A stretch of DNA of 32,000 bases from Candidatus Thorarchaeota archaeon (GTDB lineage: Archaea > Asgardarchaeota > Thorarchaeia > Thorarchaeales > Thorarchaeaceae): NCBI GenBank assembly GCA_003345555.1, contig PRDJ01000041.1, positions 60,001 through 92,000 on the forward strand. The letters are read 5' to 3'. How positions within the stretch are numbered: position 1 is the first letter of the stretch; the number at the start of each line of letters is the position of its first letter. This document shows, in pieces, positions 1 through 7,679 of the stretch. Below the pieces are notes generated by a model, which was not told where the DNA came from, made no database searches, and saw only the letters and a program-made list of their open reading frames with translations. The position numbers and the translations under genes are program-made.

Positions 1-45
1 CATTCACCGTAGAGGTCATCCGCCTTTGGCTTTGGGAGGCTAAGC

Positions 46-1110
46 ATGCCCGCCTTTGCTGGAGTCACTATCGTAAGGGACACTGTGTTAGTCCTCGATT
101 CGGCTGTTGTGTTGTACACACTGCTATTCGGACTTACGCTCGTATATGAATGGCTCAGGAGCCCACTGCGGAAGCTCACAGATGTAAGATTGGCATGGTC
201 CGTCTTCATGTTCGGCATGGCCTCTAACTCGTTCTGCTTCATCATGTCGGATTTCTACTTCACTGCCGAGGCCGATTGGATATTGTGGGTCAAAGCAGGA
301 TATGTCTCCATGATGCTTGCGCTTGTCGGCTTCTCGGTTGCGCTTGAGAGAATACTGCCCTATCGTACACACCACGTATTCTCTTCCGCCGTGACTGTCA
401 TTGCTGTGGCTTCTCTTCTGGCTCCGAGGGAGACGTTGACCACTCTTGCGTTTGCAGCTTGTTTGGTCGCCTTTGGCATTCTGGTCTTGTTCTTCAGATT
501 CTTTGTGAGGAACACGACTGGTGTCGTCCGAAGCAGTATGAGAGTCATCTTGGTCGGCTTTCTTGTAGGGTTCGTGGGCTATATTGGTCGTAGCGACTTC
601 GTATATGCTGGCCTTGGTCCGGAGGTCTATATCCTAGGTGGATTCCTCTTGGCTGGAGGACTTCTGATTCTGGGCACTGCCGTGCTTGGGTCACCCGCTC
701 TCGACGAATTGGACTGGACTGACCAGATGCTTGAACTCTATTTGATACACACAAGCGGAATTCTGTTGTATCACCACAAGTTCGTGCCAGCAGTCAATAT
801 GGATGAGAGTCTAACAGCCGCAGGCATTACAGGAGTCCAGGAGCTGTTCAAAGAGATCACCCAAAGCAAGACCGGCCTGAACAATCTATCCGTGGGAGAC
901 TTCAACATTCTGTTCGCCCATCAAGTCGATTTCACATCGGTCCTCATAGCGAAGCAACCCTACCGAGTGCTCTTGGAAAAGGTGAAGGACTTCTCCGACA
1001 AGTTCCAGCTTGTCTTTGGAAAGGCAGTGCAAGAATTCTCTGGAAACACGAGTCAATTCGATGCTGCGGAACCGCTAGTTAAAGCCGTGTTCAGTCCGGG
1101 CTCCAAGTAA
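46..1110 (+). CDS. 7-TM membrane protein with C-terminal longin-like domain (paralogue 1)
   Basis: Seven hydrophobic segments in aa ~14-214. Soluble C-terminal domain (nt ~727-1095) has the longin beta-beta-alpha-beta-beta-beta-alpha-alpha pattern: MLELYLIHTSGILLYHHKF / DESLTAAGITGVQELFKEI / LNNLSVGDFNILFAH / FTSVLIAK / LLEKVKDFSDKFQLVF / FSGNTSQF. GGGAGG RBS at 34-39. Confidence 0.75.
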   Translation: MPAFAGVTIVRDTVLVLDSAVVLYTLLFGLTLVYEWLRSPLRKLTDVRLAWSVFMFGMASNSFCFIMSDFYFTAEADWILWVKAGYVSMMLALVGFSVALERILPYRTHHVFSSAVTVIAVASLLAPRETLTTLAFAACLVAFGILVLFFRFFVRNTTGVVRSSMRVILVGFLVGFVGYIGRSDFVYAGLGPEVYILGGFLLAGGLLILGTAVLGSPALDELDWTDQMLELYLIHTSGILLYHHKFVPAVNMDESLTAAGITGVQELFKEITQSKTGLNNLSVGDFNILFAHQVDFTSVLIAKQPYRVLLEKVKDFSDKFQLVFGKAVQEFSGNTSQFDAAEPLVKAVFSPGSK

Positions 1111-1271
1111 TCCCGAGAACAACCCACCCTCGCGAGCAGGCGCACCCACATCAGGTCTACTGCGTTCCCGTTGAGACATTCGTACGCGGAATGCTTTAGT
1201 TGGTTGCAGCCTGGCCTCAACACCGTGGGTCGCTCTAGACCCCGTTGGGTTTATGCTTCGGGAGGCCGACC

Positions 1272-2336
1272 ATGCCGCCGTTTGTTGAGGTCACTCTTGT
1301 AAGAGACATTGTACTGATTCTCGACTCAGCTGTTGTGCTGTACACACTGCTGTTCGGGTTGGCATTTGTGTACCAATGGCTGAGGAGCCCTTTAAGGAAG
1401 CTGACAGATGTGAGGTTGGCATGGTCAGTCTTCATGTTCGGGATGGCATCAAACTCGTTCTGCTTTGTTATGTCGGATTTCTACTTCACTGAGCCGACTG
1501 CGTGGGTGCTATGGGTCAAGGCGGGCAATGTCTCATTGACGCTGGCACTTGTGGGCTTTTCTCTTGCTCTGGAGAGGATCTTGCCATATCACACGCATCA
1601 CGCCTTCTCCATGACAGGGACCCTCGTTGCTGTGGCTTCTGCACTTGCCCCGAGGGAGTTGCTGAATCCTATTGCACTTGCAGCCATCCTGGCGGCATTT
1701 GGAATTCTTGTCCTCTTTTTCAGATTCTTTGTGAGGAACACGACTGGCGTTGTTAGAAGCAGTATGAGAATCATCTCGGTTGCGTTTGTTGTTGGGTTCG
1801 TGGGTTTTCTCGGTCGCAGCGACATCGTCTATTACGGCTTGGGTCCGGGGGTCTACATTCTAGGTAGTCTGTTTCTTGTCGGAGCGCTCCTGATTCTGGG
1901 GACCACCCTATTCGGATCACCGGCCCTTGATGAACTGGACTGGACCGATCAGATGCTCGAACTGTATGTTATTCATACCAGTGGGATACTACTGTTTCAC
2001 CGTAAGTTCGTGCCCGCAGTCAATATGAATGAGAGTCTCACGGCGGCAGGCATAACTGGAGTAGATGAGCTGTTCAAAGAAATAATGCAGAGTGTTGGCG
2101 GCCTCAACAACCTGTCTATCGGCGACTTCAGTATTCTGTTCGCTCACGAACCGGATTTCACTTCAGTCCTCATAGCCAAGCAACCCTACGGAGTGCTACT
2201 AGAAAAAGTGAGGGACTTCTCCCAGAAGTTTCAGCTAGTCTTCGCAAAAGCGGTTCATGAATTCTCAGGGAACACGGCCCAGTTCGAAATGGCCAACGCA
2301 CTCTTGGAAGCAGTGTTCAGTCAGGGCACCGGGTGA
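1272..2336 (+). CDS. 7-TM membrane protein with C-terminal longin-like domain (paralogue 2)
   Basis: Collinear with 46..1110: 354 aa, no gaps, 78 differences counted by hand. Start moved from 1245 to ATG 1272 because it aligns with the paralogue start (MPPF vs MPAF) and has GGGAGG at 1260-1265 with the same spacing. Confidence 0.75.
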   Translation: MPPFVEVTLVRDIVLILDSAVVLYTLLFGLAFVYQWLRSPLRKLTDVRLAWSVFMFGMASNSFCFVMSDFYFTEPTAWVLWVKAGNVSLTLALVGFSLALERILPYHTHHAFSMTGTLVAVASALAPRELLNPIALAAILAAFGILVLFFRFFVRNTTGVVRSSMRIISVAFVVGFVGFLGRSDIVYYGLGPGVYILGSLFLVGALLILGTTLFGSPALDELDWTDQMLELYVIHTSGILLFHRKFVPAVNMNESLTAAGITGVDELFKEIMQSVGGLNNLSIGDFSILFAHEPDFTSVLIAKQPYGVLLEKVRDFSQKFQLVFAKAVHEFSGNTAQFEMANALLEAVFSQGTG

Positions 2337-2469
2337 TTTCGAGAAAGTTCTGTGATGCGAGAAAGATGATTTCACACTTGCGCTTACTGCTTGAGACAGT
2401 GTCTCACTTGTGAGCCGACTGCGACAAAGGGGATAGTACTTTTCAGTTGGTTGTGCAGAAGATAGTCTC

Positions 2470-2736
2470 ATGTCCGCGAAGAAGACAAAGAAGAAGCAAG
2501 TGGGCGTGGTCACGCGCTTCTTCAGTAACATCAGTGTCGCTGCAATCAAGCTTGAGCAACCACTGCGCATGGGCAATAAGATCTCCATCGAGGGGCCTCT
2601 CGGAGCAATCGAGCAGGTTATCGAGTCAATGCAAATCGACAGGAAGCCAATTCAGCAGGGAGCGCCCGGTCAGGAAATAGCTATCAAAGTCAAGAGTCCT
2701 GTCAGGGAGAATGATAAGGTATTCGTGCTAGAATAG
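2470..2736 (+). CDS. stand-alone EF-Tu domain II-like / U32 peptidase C-terminal-like beta-barrel protein
   Basis: VGVVTRFFSNISVAAIKL...G.KI.IEG...EQVIESMQID...G.EIAIKV..PVRENDKVF matches the small translation-factor-type beta-barrel family as recalled. Confidence 0.7.
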   Translation: MSAKKTKKKQVGVVTRFFSNISVAAIKLEQPLRMGNKISIEGPLGAIEQVIESMQIDRKPIQQGAPGQEIAIKVKSPVRENDKVFVLE

Positions 2737-2794
2737 TAGTGACTTGGCAACCTTACTGCCACCTCGTATCATGCACCTAGAAGAGGCATGTTGC

Positions 2795-3727
2795 TCATTC
2801 AACCGCGACTGACAACTCACTCGCAGTCACTGTCGACCTCGGACTGTGATTAATGACCAGTATCCCTGCTATAATCAACACCATTCCCACAACGAATGTC
2901 CAGTAGATCGGGTCATTCAGTATCAACGCTGATAAGACAACTCCGAAGATGGGAACCAAGTTCAGGAATACCCCTGTTCGAGTCGGCCCTATTCTTTTGA
3001 CTGCTTGAAGATACAGCGTGTCCCCGACGAAGCTGCCCAAGATGCCCAAGTAGAGTATGTTGAACCAGAACACGGGACTCTGCATTCCTGGCTGAGTCCA
3101 GAACTGCTCAGCGACCGCGCCAACTGCAAACATGATCGTCCCCGTGATAGCCGCTCCGGTAATGGCTTCCAATGGTGAAACCGTTTGCATGACTCTCTTG
3201 CCGATCGCGGAGTACAGTCCCCATGAGAACATCGATGCAAGTACAATCAGATTGCCAATCACGTAAGAGGGTTGAAAGTCGAGCAGCGCCTGAATTCCGA
3301 TGACAAAGATGATGCCAACAAAGCTTACCATAAGTCCTAGGTATTGCCAGCGAGAGTCAAGGACTTCTTTGTCGAGCACGTAAGCGAATATGGCAACAGC
3401 GGCTGGGGAGATACCAGATATTATCACACCCTGTGCTGCGGTCGTGAGCTTGACGCCTACAAAGAAGAGTATGCTGTAACCAAAGAACCCCGTAAGGCCC
3501 AGCAAAACAAAACCCTTGAGTTCAGCCCGTCCATATCGGTGAGGTTGCTTCGAGCGCGTCAGTAGAAGCAGCATTGAAAGCAAGATGCTCGCTGGCACGT
3601 ACTGCACAAACCCAGCGGTGAAAGGAGGGACAGTCGTCGTCACCAGTTTGCCCGAGACCCAACCACCTGCCCAGATGAGCATCGTAATCACGAGCAGGAA
3701 GTACGATGCATGAATCTGGGACGGCAT
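2795..3727 (-). CDS. EamA/DMT family transporter
   Basis: About 10 TM helices in two repeats. Motifs LIWAGGWVSGK, GVKLTTAAQG, YLQAVKRIGPTRTGVFLNLVPIFGVVLSALILND. Confidence 0.9.
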   Translation of the reverse strand: MPSQIHASYFLLVITMLIWAGGWVSGKLVTTTVPPFTAGFVQYVPASILLSMLLLLTRSKQPHRYGRAELKGFVLLGLTGFFGYSILFFVGVKLTTAAQGVIISGISPAAVAIFAYVLDKEVLDSRWQYLGLMVSFVGIIFVIGIQALLDFQPSYVIGNLIVLASMFSWGLYSAIGKRVMQTVSPLEAITGAAITGTIMFAVGAVAEQFWTQPGMQSPVFWFNILYLGILGSFVGDTLYLQAVKRIGPTRTGVFLNLVPIFGVVLSALILNDPIYWTFVVGMVLIIAGILVINHSPRSTVTASELSVAVE

Positions 3728-3852
3728 TGCCTCTAGGCTCCTTAGTTGCTTTCCGCGGGGTTCCGAGCGCGTCTAATAACTAGACTGTAATAGGCAAATG
3801 CAGACCGGTACAAGGAACTGTCCCATCAGGCAAGTGGAATCTGATTCGGAAA

Positions 3853-4581
3853 CTAACGTCGATACTTGAGAATCAGCACAATACCGATGGAAATCACGAT
3901 TAATACACCGGTGATGGCTATCAGATAGAGAGAAGGAATGGCCCCCGTCTCGTAGACGAGGCGATCAACCTCGTAGTGATAGACTTCCTCTTGAGTGGTA
4001 ACATTGGTTATGATATAATGCCAATGGTTCCAAGCGCCATCCGATTTCAGGAGAGTCCAAACCGCATTCACCGTAGTGTTATCGTAGGGACCCTCCCCGG
4101 TGGCATGCCCGCCCCACATACTCTCGTTATTGATGATTTCGACTCCATGAGTGAGTTGCGGATCAAGGATCACAGTGGTCATCAAAGACCAGTTTCCGAC
4201 TGGGAGGATCTCGAGCGATGGGATGATACTAGGTGATGGCACGACACTAGGCAATATCCCTGAAGGCCCCATGTCAGAGCCATTCTTCCAGTAGAGAGTA
4301 ACGTTGGGAAGAGGAATATCTAGAACGTTGGCCACTCTTTCAGGTATAGTAGGGACGGCGTTCACCAGTATGTAGAAGCTTTCATTCATTGTTGCGAACG
4401 GGTTCGGAAGACTCCAATGATTGAAAACCTTGTAGTCGATTGTGTCACCGGTCTCAACACCCCAATACAGGCCTTGAGCATTGGCCGCAGATGCTTGGGG
4501 AGTGAGGAGCACAAGTGTCAGTACGGACGCGACCCCGAACGATAGTAGCCTACCCACGTTTGTGAACTTCCGCTGAAACAC
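3853..4581 (-). CDS. signal-peptide-bearing, C-terminally anchored surface protein (paralogue of 5582..6259)
   Basis: N-terminal signal peptide ending near ASA-A. C-terminal TM followed by KYRR. Seven N-x-S/T sequons. Shares QGL.WG...GD..DY, W.NGS, VGNWSL and LKSDGA with 5582..6259. GTG start. Confidence 0.7.
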   Translation of the reverse strand: MFQRKFTNVGRLLSFGVASVLTLVLLTPQASAANAQGLYWGVETGDTIDYKVFNHWSLPNPFATMNESFYILVNAVPTIPERVANVLDIPLPNVTLYWKNGSDMGPSGILPSVVPSPSIIPSLEILPVGNWSLMTTVILDPQLTHGVEIINNESMWGGHATGEGPYDNTTVNAVWTLLKSDGAWNHWHYIITNVTTQEEVYHYEVDRLVYETGAIPSLYLIAITGVLIVISIGIVLILKYRR

Positions 4582-4817
4582 TCAGGCGTCAGTATTCGCC
4601 TGCTCGCTGATAAGCCTTAGCACATCGCATGTACGGACTGGAAACTATGGAAGGTCTTAGGGCCTAGAAGACCTAATCCCGTAAACCCACAGACCCGCAG
4701 CGGGGCGCTCAGCAGATATGTTCAGTCCGGAGTGATTCTGAGAACCAAAGGGATTGACTGTCTATTGCTTGTCATTGAGCGACTTGGCACGTTCGTCACA
4801 GGAGTCTGAGACCTCGG

Positions 4818-4824
4818 TTTATAA
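4818..4824 (+). promoter_or_regulatory. candidate archaeal TATA box (TTTATAA)
   Basis: TTTATAA about 65 nt upstream of the 4890 CDS in an otherwise non-AT-rich intergenic region. Confidence 0.4.
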
Positions 4825-4889
4825 GCCGCGTCCGCCGAGAAACCTGCAAGAAGCAGCGGCCAGTACTGCCGCTTGAGGATAATGGTTTC

Positions 4890-5543
4890 TTGGCGAACCG
4901 TAACTGGCACTTAACCACTGGTTTTCTCATCTATGTCGTATTTACAATCGCTTGGAACCTATACGTAGGCTGGGACAAGGACAACCTTGTCTGGATGACG
5001 CTAGGAATTATGAGTGTCCTGTGGGGAGTAGACTTGCCCGACTACGACCAACAGATGATGTGGTTTGAGCATCGTGACATAAGAACGCACTCGGCACTGA
5101 TCGCGCTGGTGTTCTTTCTAGTGACATACCTCCTCACACCACCTGATGTTTATCTGTTCGTGGCCCCGGCATTAGCATTATTCTTTATGGGAAACGCTTC
5201 ACACTTCTTCCTAGACGAGTTTCCAGTATGGGCTGGTTCGGGAGATCCGAAAAAGGCAGGGGGGCTCAAGAAGGGAGGAACATTAGCGTCGGTGTTGTGG
5301 TTCATCCAGGGCATCAGTGGAGCGGAGATATACAAGAAACTTGAAGGGACCTATCTGATTCATCTGCCAATGAAGATTCCAGACGCTGATAGGCACAGGG
5401 ACAAGAGCGGGAAAGTCGAGATAGAAATCCACCAGAGAGAGACACTGGCGAAGAACACTACGCGTATCTGGCTCTTTGTCAACGCTTTGGTCAGTCTGGT
5501 TCTCGCATTCCTATCTCTTAACGCCGTAGCTCATTGGCTTTGA
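4890..5543 (+). CDS. YdjM-like membrane-bound metal-dependent hydrolase
   Basis: Family motifs DLPDYD...HRDIRTHS...SHFFLD embedded between TM helices. TTG start is uncertain. Confidence 0.7.
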   Translation: MANRNWHLTTGFLIYVVFTIAWNLYVGWDKDNLVWMTLGIMSVLWGVDLPDYDQQMMWFEHRDIRTHSALIALVFFLVTYLLTPPDVYLFVAPALALFFMGNASHFFLDEFPVWAGSGDPKKAGGLKKGGTLASVLWFIQGISGAEIYKKLEGTYLIHLPMKIPDADRHRDKSGKVEIEIHQRETLAKNTTRIWLFVNALVSLVLAFLSLNAVAHWL

Positions 5544-5581
5544 TGATTTCGAATAGTAAGTAAGAAGAGCAGCTTGTGAGC

Positions 5582-6259
5582 CTACTGCCGATGCTTCTTC
5601 ATTAATACTAATGCTATGACAATCTCGACTGCGATACTGGCGACTGCAATGAGAGTCAGGAATCCGTATCCTCCAGATTTCTCAGTAACACGAGTGATTT
5701 CGTATTCAAAAACGTCCTCGTCGGTGAACCAGTCATAGATGGTCTGATGGACCTTATAGAGAGCCCCGTCTGACTTGAGAAAGGTCATGCTCATATTGTT
5801 CGTTTGGCCCACCTCCGGACCGGGTTGATTGCCCTCTATGCCCCACAGCAACTCGCTGTCGACGATTCTGTACAACGATGGCATGGCGGGGAACACCAGA
5901 CTATTCACCAATGACCAGTTGCCTACTACAAACACAGTGACTAGATTTGGAAGCCCTGACGATGAACTTATCATAGAGCCATTACTCCAGTAGGCCTGAA
6001 AGGTTTTGTAGAGATTCGTGGCAGTCACTACGGTATCGGGTATGAGTGGAAGGTCATCGGCTATGAAATAGAACCCCTCGTCAATCGATGTGAATGGGAC
6101 CATGGTCGTGTAGCTAGAATGCACAACGAACCTGTAGTCCAATCTGTCGCCCTCATTGAGCCCCCAGTGAAGTCCTTGAGTGTTAGCTCCATAGACGCTA
6201 GGTGCAGATAGGGCGATTAAGAGCCCAAGCATGATGACGAACAAGCGTATCCTGCTCAA
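5582..6259 (-). CDS. signal-peptide-bearing, C-terminally anchored surface protein (paralogue of 3853..4581)
   Basis: Signal peptide, then GANTQGLHWGLNEGDRLDY, WSNGS, VGNWSL, FLKSDGA. C-terminal TM followed by KKHRQ. Three N-x-S/T sequons. Confidence 0.7.
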   Translation of the reverse strand: MSRIRLFVIMLGLLIALSAPSVYGANTQGLHWGLNEGDRLDYRFVVHSSYTTMVPFTSIDEGFYFIADDLPLIPDTVVTATNLYKTFQAYWSNGSMISSSSGLPNLVTVFVVGNWSLVNSLVFPAMPSLYRIVDSELLWGIEGNQPGPEVGQTNNMSMTFLKSDGALYKVHQTIYDWFTDEDVFEYEITRVTEKSGGYGFLTLIAVASIAVEIVIALVLMKKHRQ

Positions 6260-6312
6260 TGGTTGCCACGCACATGCAACTCACACGATAGCTGAAGGTA
6301 TCCGCTCTTTCG

Positions 6313-6320
6313 TTTATAAG
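6313..6320. promoter_or_regulatory. candidate TATA box between divergent genes, with nearby GTTACA-N5-TGTAAC inverted repeat (6336-6352)
   Basis: TTTATAAG on + and CTTATAAA on -, lying between the divergent starts at 6259 (-) and 6413 (+). Confidence 0.45.
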
Positions 6321-6412
6321 TATTAAGAACTCGCGGTTACAAACTCTGTAACAGAAGAACATTCAAGCCGGCTCTAAAACCTACTAGAATAGCAGACGAC
6401 TTTCGGGCAGTA

Positions 6413-7666
6413 ATGGATTCTGAGGTTCCTACCATGGGTGGCCGATCTGAGCGACGATTCCTGGGCCTTAGTCCAGCTCTCTGGCGATTGTCCAGTGTAA
6501 TTGCTGTCGCACAGTTTGGATGGAGCATATGGTACTGGCAGTTTTCGGTTTTTCTCATGGAATATGTGGAGGAATGGGAGATTGGAGTCGTGCTCGCAGT
6601 AGGTACGATAGCCACTCTGGTAGGCTACCCAGTCTCAGGTGCACTCGCCGACTCCATAGGCCGCAAGAAGACAGTAATTCTTTCCTTCGTGCCCATTTTC
6701 ATAGGTCTGGGACTCCTTGCCATTTACCCTGAATGGCCGGCTGTTCTCTATGAATATGCTTTGGCCGCCTTTGGTTGGTCGTTCGTCATGGTCGTCGAGA
6801 GGGCAATGGCGGCCGATGTCGTTGTTGAAGACAAAGGGCAGGATTCGGCAAGAACATTCTCTATGATTGTTGCACCGGCATTTTTCATTGACGGCGTCGC
6901 CCCCCTTCTTGCTTCAGGTCTGCTTCTCGGGGGAGTTTCGCAGAGAATGCTGATTCTGATCGGTGCCCTTGTATCTTTCTTGGCACTGATGATGGGACCA
7001 ATCATACTGAAGGAAACGCTGAGCCAAACGACGATGGAGCGAGCAAGGAAGGGTGCGAAGATTCCTATCCGCAGCTTCGGTAGGAGCTACTGGAGAATAG
7101 CTGCTGGCATGTCCAGCTTCTATTTCGTTTCGGGTATGACCCTTTCCTATTTTGGTAACCTCTTCGTTGATGAATGGCATCTGGATCTACCAACATACGG
7201 TCTCACTTGGGCCGCGTTCTCAATCACCCAAGCAGTACTATCATATACAATAAGCGGTCTCGCAGACAAGAATCTGAGAGCCTCCTTGATGGCGGGAGTC
7301 ATAGGCAACTCGCTCATGATCGGAGTGTGCGGCGCAGGCAATGGTCTCCTTCTTGCTTTCGCAGTGAACTTCACGTGGGCACCGCTGATGATTCTCTGGA
7401 TTGGGGCAGAGAACTCGCTCATAGCCGCCAATGTAAGCGAAGAGGCTCAGGGTCGTGCCATGGGAATCTATAGCCTAATGCTCAATTCACTCGGCATAAT
7501 CTCTGCACCAATCGGTGCCTTTCTTTGGGTAAGCCTTGGCAGTCTCAGAAGCCTCTACATGCTGACCAGTGTAGCAAGCCTTCCTTTCCTTATCCTGCTG
7601 GGCTACGTTCTAAAGACCGTGAGAGTCCAAATGCCAAGTCTAGACACTCAGGCTCAGCCAATGTGA
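6413..7666 (+). CDS. MFS transporter
   Basis: About 12 TM helices. MFS motif A (SGALADSIGRKK) and a second-half ANVSEEAQGRAMG motif. True start may be ATG 6434 (GAGGT at 6422-6426). Confidence 0.9.
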   Translation: MDSEVPTMGGRSERRFLGLSPALWRLSSVIAVAQFGWSIWYWQFSVFLMEYVEEWEIGVVLAVGTIATLVGYPVSGALADSIGRKKTVILSFVPIFIGLGLLAIYPEWPAVLYEYALAAFGWSFVMVVERAMAADVVVEDKGQDSARTFSMIVAPAFFIDGVAPLLASGLLLGGVSQRMLILIGALVSFLALMMGPIILKETLSQTTMERARKGAKIPIRSFGRSYWRIAAGMSSFYFVSGMTLSYFGNLFVDEWHLDLPTYGLTWAAFSITQAVLSYTISGLADKNLRASLMAGVIGNSLMIGVCGAGNGLLLAFAVNFTWAPLMILWIGAENSLIAANVSEEAQGRAMGIYSLMLNSLGIISAPIGAFLWVSLGSLRSLYMLTSVASLPFLILLGYVLKTVRVQMPSLDTQAQPM

Positions 7667-7679
7667 GAGGACCAGTACG

